64,000 nt of DNA from assembly GCA_964464435.1 (NCBI GenBank), contig CAYXGE010000001.1:9722-73721 (forward strand), read 5' to 3'. Below are positions 22,875 to 31,712 of this stretch, in pieces; the first letter of the stretch is position 1, and each line of letters starts with the position of its first letter. The DNA is from an uncultured Methylophilaceae bacterium (GTDB taxonomy: Bacteria; Pseudomonadota; Gammaproteobacteria; Burkholderiales; Methylophilaceae). The position numbers were made by a program, and so were the translations under genes. Under the pieces are notes generated by a model, which had not been told where the DNA came from, searched no databases, and saw nothing but the letters and a program-made list of their open reading frames with translations.

Positions 22875-23489
22875 ATGTTTGTGGTTGGCTTAACAGGTGG
22901 CATTGGCTCAGGCAAATCTGAAGCAACCAAATTGTTTGAGGCGCTAGGGGTATCTGTTGTTGATGTTGATGTCATTTCACATCAACTGACAGCAAACAAC
23001 CACCCCATTTTGGCCGATATATATACAGCACTTGGTAGCCAATTTAAGCGTGCAGATGGCAGTTTAGACCGCGCCGCATTGCGTGAGAAAATCTTTCAAG
23101 AACCACAAGCCAAAGCAACTCTTGAGTCTATTTTGCACCCTGCAATTTTTTCCGAAGCGCTTACCGCGTTAGAAAATAATAGCAAACAAAACAAAGCATT
23201 GGCGTATCAAGTATTGGCTGTGCCCTTACTATTTGAAAGCAATCGGTATCGTCAGATTGTAGACCGCACTTTGGTGATTGACTGCCCAGAAGACATGCAA
23301 ATTAGCCGCGTAATGGCAAGAAGCCAAATGACAGAAGCGCAAGTCAAGGCAATTATTCAACAACAAACACCACGAATGCAGAGAATACAAAACGCGGATG
23401 ATGTCATTTTAAACGATAGTGACTTAGCAAATTTGCGTGAGAAAATTAGTGAATATAATAAAAAAATTTTAATATACTTGCATAGTTAG
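22875..23489 (+). CDS. coaE: dephospho-CoA kinase
   Basis: MFVVGLTGGIGSGKS gives the P-loop at the N-terminus. The start is moved from the tracked 22818 to the ATG at 22875. Confidence 0.9.
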   Translation: MFVVGLTGGIGSGKSEATKLFEALGVSVVDVDVISHQLTANNHPILADIYTALGSQFKRADGSLDRAALREKIFQEPQAKATLESILHPAIFSEALTALENNSKQNKALAYQVLAVPLLFESNRYRQIVDRTLVIDCPEDMQISRVMARSQMTEAQVKAIIQQQTPRMQRIQNADDVILNDSDLANLREKISEYNKKILIYLHS

Positions 23490-23555
23490 CGAATTAATTT
23501 CATAATCTGCGCTAACTAAAACTTATGATAAAAGCTGTCTCAGCAAAAATAGTCC

Positions 23556-24314
23556 GTGCCTAGCTACGAATATCCATTTAATGAGCGCATCCGAACGTTT
23601 TTACGTTTGGAGGACTTGTTTGTCAAAGTATTGCATCACACTCAAAAAGATCATGAGTTTAATCACCATTCGGCACTCATTTATATCTTTCAGATTTTAG
23701 ACGTCATTGATCGTGCTGAACTCAAAACAGACCTGCTTCAAGAACTAGACCGTCAAAAAATATTAATGGGTAATCTACGTGGCAACCCATCCATTTCAGA
23801 AAGTTTACTCGCCCAAATTATTAGCGAAATTGAAACAGTTTCAACTGCATTAAGAACAGATGCCAGCAAACTTGGGCAAGTATTAAGAGACAATGATTGG
23901 TTGATGAGCATTAAACAACGTGCGGGAATTCCTGGTGGTGTTTGTGAGTTTGATGTCCCCTCTTATCATTACTGGCTTGGGTTTTTGCCATCGCGACGTG
24001 CCGCTGATTTAAATACTTGGCTTACGCCATTACTGCCCATTCATCATGCAATTCGTATTATTTTGCATATTTTGCGCGGTAGCGGAAATGCAGTAAAAAT
24101 TACTGCGCCTAATGGTGCGTTTCAGCAAATGTTGGGTAATAGCAAACCTGCACAAATGCTTAAAATTGAATTGCCAGAAGACAGCACTTGCTTTCCTGAG
24201 GTGAGTGCTAATAAATATGCACTCAATTTACGCTTTTTTGCCCTAGATTTAGCGGCAAAACCAAAAGCGATAGACTCAGACATTGAGTTCTCGTTTACAC
24301 TTTGCTCACTTTAA
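23556..24314 (+). CDS. zapD: cell division protein ZapD
   Basis: YEYPFNERIRTFLRLEDLF is the typical ZapD N-terminus. It sits in the conserved coaE-zapD-yacG order. The start codon is GTG. Confidence 0.85.
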   Translation: MPSYEYPFNERIRTFLRLEDLFVKVLHHTQKDHEFNHHSALIYIFQILDVIDRAELKTDLLQELDRQKILMGNLRGNPSISESLLAQIISEIETVSTALRTDASKLGQVLRDNDWLMSIKQRAGIPGGVCEFDVPSYHYWLGFLPSRRAADLNTWLTPLLPIHHAIRIILHILRGSGNAVKITAPNGAFQQMLGNSKPAQMLKIELPEDSTCFPEVSANKYALNLRFFALDLAAKPKAIDSDIEFSFTLCSL

Positions 24315-24326
24315 AGCCTGAATTTT

Positions 24327-24521
24327 ATGGCGCAAGAAATCGAAACCACAAAAAAACCTAGTTGGGTGACCTGCCCAAATTGCAAAGCTAAAAGTCCCTA
24401 CAGCGTTGATAATCCATTTCGCCCATTTTGTAGTGAAAAATGTAGCCTGATTGATTTAGGTGAATGGGCGACAGAGGGCTACCGAATTCCCAAAGCGATT
24501 ACACCCGAAGATCTCATCTAA
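24327..24521 (+). CDS. yacG: DNA gyrase inhibitor YacG (zinc finger)
   Basis: CPNC...PFCSEKC...DLGEWA in 64 aa. Confidence 0.88.
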   Translation: MAQEIETTKKPSWVTCPNCKAKSPYSVDNPFRPFCSEKCSLIDLGEWATEGYRIPKAITPEDLI

Positions 24522-24550
24522 TTTAACTATATTCAAGCAAAAGATAAGCC

Positions 24551-24994
24551 ATGAAACGTCTATATATTTCCATATTGCTGTTAATCAGTTGCGCTCTAGT
24601 GGCTTGTGGGCAACAATCTTCAGAAGTATCCATTACTGATGCATGGGCTCGTGCAACTGCACCAGGGCAAGAGGTGGGGGCTGCTTATATGACACTGACT
24701 AGCCCCGTTGATACCACATTAATTAAAGTCGCCAGTGACAGTGCTGGAAGTATGGAAATTCACAGCATGACCATGAAAGATGGCGTGATGGAGATGGACA
24801 TGCTTGAAAGCCTTGCACTGAAAGCGGGCGAACCCTACAAATTGGCTCCTGGTGGCTTTCATCTAATGCTTTTTGATTTAAAAAAACCTTTAACAGCAGG
24901 CGAGTCTACTTCCATTACACTCACCTTTAAAGATGCCTCTGGAAAATTAACTACACAAACCATATCAGTACCTATTAAGGCAAGTGCTGATTAA
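24551..24994 (+). CDS. periplasmic copper chaperone PCu(A)C (DUF461)
   Basis: A lipoprotein-type signal (LISCALVAC) is present. The Cu(I) motif is spread over MEIHSMTMKDGVMEMDM....GGFHLML. Confidence 0.8.
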   Translation: MKRLYISILLLISCALVACGQQSSEVSITDAWARATAPGQEVGAAYMTLTSPVDTTLIKVASDSAGSMEIHSMTMKDGVMEMDMLESLALKAGEPYKLAPGGFHLMLFDLKKPLTAGESTSITLTFKDASGKLTTQTISVPIKASAD

Positions 24995-24995
24995 T

Positions 24996-25397
24996 TTATT
25001 GACTGTTAAATGGTAATTGATACCGAAATATTTCATCATCACGTTTAACTTCTAGATGCATCACCCAGTCGGAACGGCCTTGCACGCAAACAGGCAAGAC
25101 AATCGTTGCTTCAAAAACATCTTGCCCTACAGACTTAAACTGATAACGATTCAAACCCATTGCCATACCCTGCATCACCACATCCGCAGCAACTTGGTTT
25201 GCTTGGGGAAAGTGAGCACGCACCTTAAATGGTTTAAGTACGCTTGGCGTTTGGTTAAAACTCACTGTAAATGGCGTGTGTGTGCAACCTGATAATAGGT
25301 TTGGGCAATTTAGTTTAATCTCATTAAGCGCTGGCTTTTGCGAACAGGACATCATCAAAAAGGTCCCTACTAACAGGATTGTTAAACCGTTTTTCAT
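24996..25397 (-). CDS. small exported protein of unknown function (possible lipoprotein)
   Basis: The start is placed at MKNGLTILLVGTFLMMSC (25397), where the ATG overlaps the upstream stop as ATGA. There is a signal peptide with Cys, a Met-rich patch VVMQGMAMG, and a predicted beta-rich mature part. Confidence 0.55.
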   Translation of the reverse strand: MKNGLTILLVGTFLMMSCSQKPALNEIKLNCPNLLSGCTHTPFTVSFNQTPSVLKPFKVRAHFPQANQVAADVVMQGMAMGLNRYQFKSVGQDVFEATIVLPVCVQGRSDWVMHLEVKRDDEIFRYQLPFNSQ

Positions 25398-26329
25398 TTT
25401 AACGCCGCTATTGTTGTTGCTATACCATGCGCGCCTGCTTGCCATGCGGTGTCTAAAAAATCTACATCAATACCAACATCGGCATACACAGGTATGGTAT
25501 TACCTTTAATCATGCTTGAAAAATTAGCCCAGTCTGACACAGGCTGCTTTGCCGCTGCAAACACTACCCCGTCCAAACCTAGCATGGCGGCATGTGCCAT
25601 ATGCTCAGCATGATGACATGTAGCAATACACCATGAAACTTTAGGGCGAGTTGTTAATGACATTAGTTGTTCAGTTTGTAGATGCACGCCATCTGCACCC
25701 ACAGCTTGTGCTAAAGCAATATCGCGATATATCAGTACTTTTGCAGCATAAGGTCTTGCACACTGCACAACACGCTCTGCAAAAGTTTTTAAGGCAACAG
25801 CATCTAATGTAGGCTCATGTACTTGAATTAGTCGCAAGCCATTATTTAGGGCAAGATTTAAATGCGCAAAGAACAAGGTTTCGCCAATACTTACCATATT
25901 AGTAGCGGCATACACATAAGGAAGCTGCAATGCTTTTAAAATAGGCTCATTTGCAGGTAAAACAGGGGACACTTCGACGGCATTTGGCTGTTGCCACAAC
26001 AACAGTTGCCCCTCTTTACCGTAAGGCTCACCGTGCCATGCACGTACCATATAAAAGTGCAGTTTTACGGTTTTTTCGGGGTAATCAAATTGACGGGTAA
26101 GCCATGGATAAGCTTGCTCAACAGCAATACCCAACTCCTCTTGTAATTCTCGCACCAGCGCTTCAATTGGTAATTCACCCGCCTCAACTTTACCGCCCGG
26201 AAACTCCCACCAACCCGCCCATGCCTTGCCCTCAGGGCGTTGCCCCATGAGTACTTGACCGTCTTCTCGCACCAGCACTGCTACCGCAGCATGCGTTACC
26301 GCTTGGGTGTTAAAATCGGGGGAATTCAT
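25394..26329 (-). CDS. Nudix (MutT-like) hydrolase fused to a thiamine-phosphate-synthase-like (TMP-TENI) domain
   Basis: The Nudix box is GGKVEAGELPIEALVRELQEELGI. The C-terminal ~170 aa form a ThiE-like barrel (GADGVHL...). Confidence 0.8.
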   Translation of the reverse strand: MNSPDFNTQAVTHAAVAVLVREDGQVLMGQRPEGKAWAGWWEFPGGKVEAGELPIEALVRELQEELGIAVEQAYPWLTRQFDYPEKTVKLHFYMVRAWHGEPYGKEGQLLLWQQPNAVEVSPVLPANEPILKALQLPYVYAATNMVSIGETLFFAHLNLALNNGLRLIQVHEPTLDAVALKTFAERVVQCARPYAAKVLIYRDIALAQAVGADGVHLQTEQLMSLTTRPKVSWCIATCHHAEHMAHAAMLGLDGVVFAAAKQPVSDWANFSSMIKGNTIPVYADVGIDVDFLDTAWQAGAHGIATTIAALK

Positions 26330-27189
26330 GGATGGAGTTGTTGGCTACCCGCAAAATCTTTGGCAAATTGAAACGCCACGCGCCCACTGCGTGAACCGCG
26401 CTTAATAGAAAACTGCAAAGCCGCCTGTTGGGCTTGATTGTTTAGCGTTGCAATACCAAAATGTTGCAACCAATAACGCACAATGCCCAAATACTCATCT
26501 TGCGTAAACGGATAAAAAGAGAGCCACAAACCAAAACGCTCTGCCAAGGCATTCTTTTCCTCAGAGGTATCGCCGGGTCTAATTTCCTCACCCACGTACT
26601 GCGTTTCTAAATTTTCTGACATGCTTTCAGGCATTAAATGTTTACGATTTGAAGTGGCATACACCAACACATTATCCGAAGTTGCCGCCAGAGTGCCGTC
26701 CAATACCACTTTCAGCGCCTTATAGCCTGGCTCAGCATACTCAAAAGACAAATCATCGCAAAACACAATAAATCGCTCGGGGCGGTCTCTTAGCAAAGCC
26801 ACAATATCTGGCAAATGCACTAAATCTTGTTTATCCACCTCCACCAGTCTTAAGCCCTCTTTTGCAAATGCAGTGAGCAATGCTTTCACTAATGACGATT
26901 TTCCTGTACCTCGTGACCCTGTAAGCAATACATGATTGGCAGGAAATTTTTGCAAAAACTGACGCGTATTACGCACAATCTCTGCTTTTTGCACATCAAT
27001 ATTTTGAATATCATTAAGCGCAATATTGTGCGGGTGCGTTACCGCCTGCAAATGCCCTTGTGCCCCTTGCTGCTGCCACCGCCAAGCCAATGCTGTCCAA
27101 TCAGGTAATATTTTATCTTGAAGATAAAGCTTCTCTAACCCTATGAGTAAGTGTTCCGCGCGCGCAATGAGATCATTAATGTCAGCCAT
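26326..27189 (-). CDS. ATP-binding protein, DUF815/AAA-like
   Basis: The Walker A motif is LLTGSRGTGKSS and a Walker B-like motif is FIVFCDDLSF. It lies downstream of argJ with a 1-nt overlap. Confidence 0.7.
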   Translation of the reverse strand: MADINDLIARAEHLLIGLEKLYLQDKILPDWTALAWRWQQQGAQGHLQAVTHPHNIALNDIQNIDVQKAEIVRNTRQFLQKFPANHVLLTGSRGTGKSSLVKALLTAFAKEGLRLVEVDKQDLVHLPDIVALLRDRPERFIVFCDDLSFEYAEPGYKALKVVLDGTLAATSDNVLVYATSNRKHLMPESMSENLETQYVGEEIRPGDTSEEKNALAERFGLWLSFYPFTQDEYLGIVRYWLQHFGIATLNNQAQQAALQFSIKRGSRSGRVAFQFAKDFAGSQQLHP

Positions 27190-28418
27190 TAACTTCTGTA
27201 ATCCGCATTAATTTTCACGTAATCATATGAAAAATCGCAAGTCCAAATGGTCACATCAGCATTGCCTCTTGCCAGCTCAACACGCACTAAAATCTCAGCT
27301 TCTTTCATAATCGCAGCACCTTGCTCTTCTTTGTAAGCATGGGCTCTGCCGCCATTTTCAGCCACCAGCACATCACCCAAATAGAGTTTAAGCGCATTAA
27401 CATCTAAGTCTTGAATACCCGCATAGCCAATGGCAGCTAAAATTCTGCCTAGGTTTGGGTCAGAGGCAAAAAAGGCGGTTTTAATGAGTGGGGAATGGGC
27501 AATGGCATAAGCCACTTTACGGCATTCAGCTTCATCTTTTCCGCCTTGTACTGTTACTGTCATAAATTTGGTTGCGCCCTCGCCATCGCGCACAATGGCT
27601 TGCGCTAGCAATATAGCAATTTCGGTGAGCGCATCACGCATGACTACAAAATCAGCACTATCCGCTGTAATTTCTGCATTCTCCGCTTGACCAGTCGCCA
27701 TCATAATCAACGAGTCATTGGTGGAGGTATCGCCATCCACAGTAATACAGTTAAATGAGCGATTTACCGCATAGTGAATGATATTTTCAAGCGCCGACTG
27801 GCTAATGGCCGCATCAGTTGCCACGTAGCCCAGCATGGTCGCCATATTGGGGTGTATCATGCCTGAGCCTTTTGAAATACCCGTGATGGTGACTGTTTTA
27901 CCCGACAATTGAATTTGTTTTGAATAACCTTTTGCCACAATGTCTGTGGTCATAATGGCTTCAGCTGCATTTAGCCAGTTATCAGCCTTTAAGTTGCTAA
28001 TACATGCTGGCAAACCCGCAATCACCCTATCTACTGGTAGTGGCTCTAAAATCACCCCCGTTGAAAACGGTAGTACTTGCTCTGTTTCAATGCCCATTAA
28101 GTTTGCCAATGCTTGGCAAGTTTGACCAGCACGTTGCAAGCCTTCTTCACCTGTACCTGCATTGGCATTGCCCGTATTCACCACCAAAGCGCGTATTTCT
28201 TTGCCAGACGCTAAATGTTGCTTACATAGTGTCACTGGTGCTGCGCAAAAGCGATTTTGCGTAAACACGCCGGCAACACGGCTGCCCGAAGCAAGTTGAA
28301 TGACCAGCATATCTTTACGATTGGGTTTACGAATATGCGCCTGTGCGTAACCTAATGTCACACCCTTAACAGGCAATAAACTACTGGTTTCCGGTTTAGA
28401 CAAATTAACTGGCATCAC
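27189..28418 (-). CDS. argJ: bifunctional glutamate N-acetyltransferase / amino-acid acetyltransferase
   Basis: The autoprocessing site context [10 protein letters not shown], the TTD motif and a C-terminal [10 protein letters not shown] are present. Confidence 0.93.
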   Translation of the reverse strand: MMPVNLSKPETSSLLPVKGVTLGYAQAHIRKPNRKDMLVIQLASGSRVAGVFTQNRFCAAPVTLCKQHLASGKEIRALVVNTGNANAGTGEEGLQRAGQTCQALANLMGIETEQVLPFSTGVILEPLPVDRVIAGLPACISNLKADNWLNAAEAIMTTDIVAKGYSKQIQLSGKTVTITGISKGSGMIHPNMATMLGYVATDAAISQSALENIIHYAVNRSFNCITVDGDTSTNDSLIMMATGQAENAEITADSADFVVMRDALTEIAILLAQAIVRDGEGATKFMTVTVQGGKDEAECRKVAYAIAHSPLIKTAFFASDPNLGRILAAIGYAGIQDLDVNALKLYLGDVLVAENGGRAHAYKEEQGAAIMKEAEILVRVELARGNADVTIWTCDFSYDYVKINADYRS

Positions 28419-28531
28419 TTAACCTTTTAACACTATAAGAAACCCTAATTCTAACGCATTCAATTCAAAATCATGTAGACTTTAAACTATGTGATAGCGC
28501 TAACATTTAAAATAATACTGGGATACTTTGC

Positions 28532-30913
28532 ATGGCCGCTCAACCAACTTTAGCAAGTCAAGAAAACCCTGTTGCAGAAATTAGCACCAAGCTTGCGTTT
28601 AGCAAAAAACTGCAGGCGGTGACGAATAAAATTCATGCTACGCGAAATATTGATGAAATTATTTTAGAAGTGAGCCAGGACATCTGCACTTTATTTGAGG
28701 CCGAGCGCATTACCATTTACGCTACGAGTGAAGACCAACAATCGATTGTTTCAAAAGTAAAAACTGGGCTTAACGAGTTCAAAGAGTTAAAACTGCCGAT
28801 TAATGCACAAAGCATTGCAGGCTTTGTCGCACTGAATAAAACCATACTCAATATTGCTGATGTGTATGACGATGCGGAGCTCAAAAAACATAGTGCTGAG
28901 ATTCGTTTTTTAAAAGAAGTCGATAAAAAAACGGGCTTTAGAACCAAGCAGATGTTGGTGTTTCCGATTATTAGCGCGGATGACCATAAGTTGATGGGCG
29001 TTGCACAAATTATTAATGCCTTGTCTGGCCTGCCTTTCCCTAAAATGTTAGAAGAGGGGGTGGTCGACCTATCTAAAACCTTAGCCATTGCCTTTAATCA
29101 ACGTCAGCCAGTCATGGCTACTGTAAAAACTAAGTTTGATCAACTCGTGGTAGACGGTGTGATTTCAATGGATGAACTTGCCCTCGCGCAACGTGCCGCA
29201 CGCAAGAAAAATATGAGTCTTGAAGACGCCCTAATACACGATTTTCAGGTATCTCCTGAACACATCGGACACTCGCTTTCAGTTTTTTTTAATGTACCTT
29301 ATGAGCCATTTAAACCAGAAAGAATTAAGCCAGCTGATTTAATTAAAAGTTTAAAACAAGATTACGTCATCAGTAACGGTTGGCTACCCATTGACGAAAG
29401 CAGAGAGGATGGCCTAGTTGTCATCACCAGCGACCCTGAGAAAATTAAAACTAGCCGCATTGTTAGCCAGATTTTTCCCAAACACGCAAAAATTAGTTAC
29501 CGCGTGTGCTTGCAAAAAGACTTTATTAACACAGTCAACCAGTTTTACGGCGCCACCAGCGGTATGGGGGAAATTGGCGATATCTTATCCACCATGGACG
29601 ATGAAGATGCCTTGAGTAACAGCAACGTTAGCGAGGATGAAGTCTCAGCATCAGCTGATAACGAGTTGGTAAAACTGGTGAATAAAATCATTGTCGATGC
29701 CTACAATCAAGGGGCTTCTGATATTCATATTGAGCCATACCCAGAAAAAGGCAAAACGGAAATTCGTTTTCGTAAAGATGGTACCTTGGTTAACTATATT
29801 GAAGTGCCGCCTAGTTACAGAAACTCGCTCATTGCACGCATTAAAATTATGTGTGATTTGGATATTTCTGAGCGCAGAAAACCACAAGATGGCAAAATTA
29901 AATTTAAGAAATTTGGCCCTCTAGATATTGAGTTGCGCGTTGCTACCGTGCCAACCGCAGGCGGTGTAGAGGATGTGGTCATGCGTATTTTGGCAGGTGG
30001 CAAACCTATCCCACTAGAAAAGCTTGGGCTTTCAAATCATAACTTCAATAAACTTAAAGAATTAGTAGCCAAGCCCTACGGTCTATTTTTCGTGTGCGGT
30101 CCAACTGGCTCTGGTAAAACTACCACGTTACATTCTGCACTAGGCTATATTAATACCCCAGAAACCAAAATATGGACCGCTGAAGACCCTGTAGAAATTA
30201 CGCAAAAAGGCTTGCGCCAAGTACAAGTGAACAAAAAAGCAGGGTTAGATTTTGCTACCGTCATGAAAGCTTTTTTACGTGCCGACCCTGATGTGATTAT
30301 GGTGGGTGAAATGCGCGATAAAGAAACGGTCTCTACAGGTATTGAAGCCTCACTCACTGGTCACTTGGTATTTGCTACCTTACATACTAATAGTGCACCT
30401 GAATCGATTGTACGTCTTCTGGATATGGGTATGGATCCATTTAACTTCTCTGATGCCTTGCTTGGCATTTTGGCACAACGTCTTGCCAAACGGCTATGTG
30501 ATTGCAAAAAACCCTACACGCCAACGCCTGAAGAAATCAAAGCGATGCTCAATGAGTATTGCCTTGAGTTACAAAATACCTCTAGCTGGAAAAAAGACCC
30601 TGAGGGGAGCTTTAAAGCGGTATATCAACAATGGCTCAAAAGCTTTGGCGATAGTAAAGGACAAATTACACTCCACAAAGCAACTGGGTGTGAAAAATGT
30701 AGCAACACAGGTTACAAAGGGCGCGTTGGCTTACATGAGCTACTTGAAGGTACCGATGCAATTAAGAAAAACATTCAAGAACATGCCCGCGTGGCTGAAA
30801 TGTTTGCCACTGCACTTGAGGATGGGATGCGCACGCTCAAGCAAGACGGTATTGAGAAAGTGTTGCAAGGCATTACCGACATGAAGCAAGTTCGTGCTGT
30901 CTGCATTAAATAG
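28532..30913 (+). CDS. GAF domain + T2SSE_N domain + GspE/PilB-family secretion ATPase (793 aa)
   Basis: Residues ~30-190 are GAF-like and ~195-345 are GSPII_E N-domain-like. The ATPase core has Walker A GPTGSGKTT, Walker B/Asp box DPDVIMVGEMRD, His box TGHLVFATLHTN, and the tetra-Cys CDC...CEKC. Confidence 0.85.
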   Translation: MAAQPTLASQENPVAEISTKLAFSKKLQAVTNKIHATRNIDEIILEVSQDICTLFEAERITIYATSEDQQSIVSKVKTGLNEFKELKLPINAQSIAGFVALNKTILNIADVYDDAELKKHSAEIRFLKEVDKKTGFRTKQMLVFPIISADDHKLMGVAQIINALSGLPFPKMLEEGVVDLSKTLAIAFNQRQPVMATVKTKFDQLVVDGVISMDELALAQRAARKKNMSLEDALIHDFQVSPEHIGHSLSVFFNVPYEPFKPERIKPADLIKSLKQDYVISNGWLPIDESREDGLVVITSDPEKIKTSRIVSQIFPKHAKISYRVCLQKDFINTVNQFYGATSGMGEIGDILSTMDDEDALSNSNVSEDEVSASADNELVKLVNKIIVDAYNQGASDIHIEPYPEKGKTEIRFRKDGTLVNYIEVPPSYRNSLIARIKIMCDLDISERRKPQDGKIKFKKFGPLDIELRVATVPTAGGVEDVVMRILAGGKPIPLEKLGLSNHNFNKLKELVAKPYGLFFVCGPTGSGKTTTLHSALGYINTPETKIWTAEDPVEITQKGLRQVQVNKKAGLDFATVMKAFLRADPDVIMVGEMRDKETVSTGIEASLTGHLVFATLHTNSAPESIVRLLDMGMDPFNFSDALLGILAQRLAKRLCDCKKPYTPTPEEIKAMLNEYCLELQNTSSWKKDPEGSFKAVYQQWLKSFGDSKGQITLHKATGCEKCSNTGYKGRVGLHELLEGTDAIKKNIQEHARVAEMFATALEDGMRTLKQDGIEKVLQGITDMKQVRAVCIK

Positions 30914-30921
30914 CCAATAGC

Positions 30922-31143
30922 ATGCAAGGTACTATTTTTGGGCTCACTGAGGCGCAAATTGCAGACTTAGGCATGAGCTATGGCGTGCCATTTTTTATGC
31001 TATTTATGGTGTTTATAGTCGGGCATTTGGCCTGGAAATCCAAAGCGGGGAAATTTGGTACCTTTGTGCTGTTTCTTGCGTTATGCTTTGGTTTAATCGG
31101 CTTTATTGCCAAATATATTATTCAACACAATATGGGCATATAA
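30922..31143 (+). CDS. small two-TM membrane protein (resembles DUF2788, from memory)
   Basis: 73 aa with two hydrophobic helices. It starts 8 nt after the ATPase stop. Confidence 0.6.
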   Translation: MQGTIFGLTEAQIADLGMSYGVPFFMLFMVFIVGHLAWKSKAGKFGTFVLFLALCFGLIGFIAKYIIQHNMGI

Positions 31144-31163
31144 AAAAGCCCTTTGTCAGGGTT
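31142..31163 (-). terminator. weak candidate terminator for the secA operon tail
   Basis: The minus strand reads CCCT-GACAA-AGGG followed by CTTTTTT. The stem is short. Confidence 0.35.
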
Positions 31164-31180
31164 AATACTTAAATTGGTAT

Positions 31181-31531
31181 TTATTGATTTGCTTGGCGTA
31201 ATTGAAAATAAGTGTCGTACACAACCTTAGCTAACAATTCATCTGGTTTTGCTTGGCATTGCGTCAACACCATAGCGGTAATTTTTTCAGGAAACAAAGT
31301 GCTGCCAGTTGTCACATCACCAATCTTAGAACGTGCGCCATAGGCAACATTAGCCCCAGAAAAATAGCCCTGCACCCAGTTTGAAAACGCCTCTGTCGAT
31401 AGCGATTGATCGCTTAATGCTTGGCCAATTTGCCTACAAGTTTGCTTACCAATCCCAGAAACATAACCATCAGCGGCTTTTGTGTTAGTAAAAGCCACCA
31501 TCAGCAATACTATTATCACGTATTTATTCAA
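31181..31531 (-). CDS. small secreted protein of unknown function
   Basis: Signal peptide MNKYVIIVLLMVAFTNTKA. The mature part is ~97 aa with two Cys and a W.QGY.SG.N motif. It overlaps the upstream gene by 8 nt. Confidence 0.6.
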   Translation of the reverse strand: MNKYVIIVLLMVAFTNTKAADGYVSGIGKQTCRQIGQALSDQSLSTEAFSNWVQGYFSGANVAYGARSKIGDVTTGSTLFPEKITAMVLTQCQAKPDELLAKVVYDTYFQLRQANQ

Positions 31532-31706
31532 AAGCGGCTTCTTGTCTTTGATCTAAGGTTTTCATGACGCTATCGCGTTCACCATCTGTCATGTTCCACC
31601 ATTCTCTAATTTCATCAATGGTGCGAAAACAGCCTAAACATTGACCTGTTTCCTCATTCATTTGGCATACGCCGATACAAGGGGACTTGATTTCTTCGAT
31701 GCTCAT
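31524..31706 (-). CDS. DUF1289 family protein (four-Cys, putative Fe-S/zinc)
   Basis: CIGVCQMNEETGQCLGCFRTIDEIREW is the typical DUF1289 CxxxC...CxxC pattern. Confidence 0.75.
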   Translation of the reverse strand: MSIEEIKSPCIGVCQMNEETGQCLGCFRTIDEIREWWNMTDGERDSVMKTLDQRQEAAFE

Positions 31707-31712
31707 GATGTC

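Noticed and set aside
26326-27189. DUF815 AAA-like ATPase as a candidate defence ATPase.
   Set aside because: It is translationally coupled to argJ and the Nudix/ThiE gene in what looks like a conserved core arrangement. No nuclease or sensor partner is present.
30306-30884. 192-aa same-strand alternative-frame ORF inside the GspE-type ATPase gene.
   Set aside because: The main frame carries all the ATPase motifs through this region. The alternative frame has no recognisable features.
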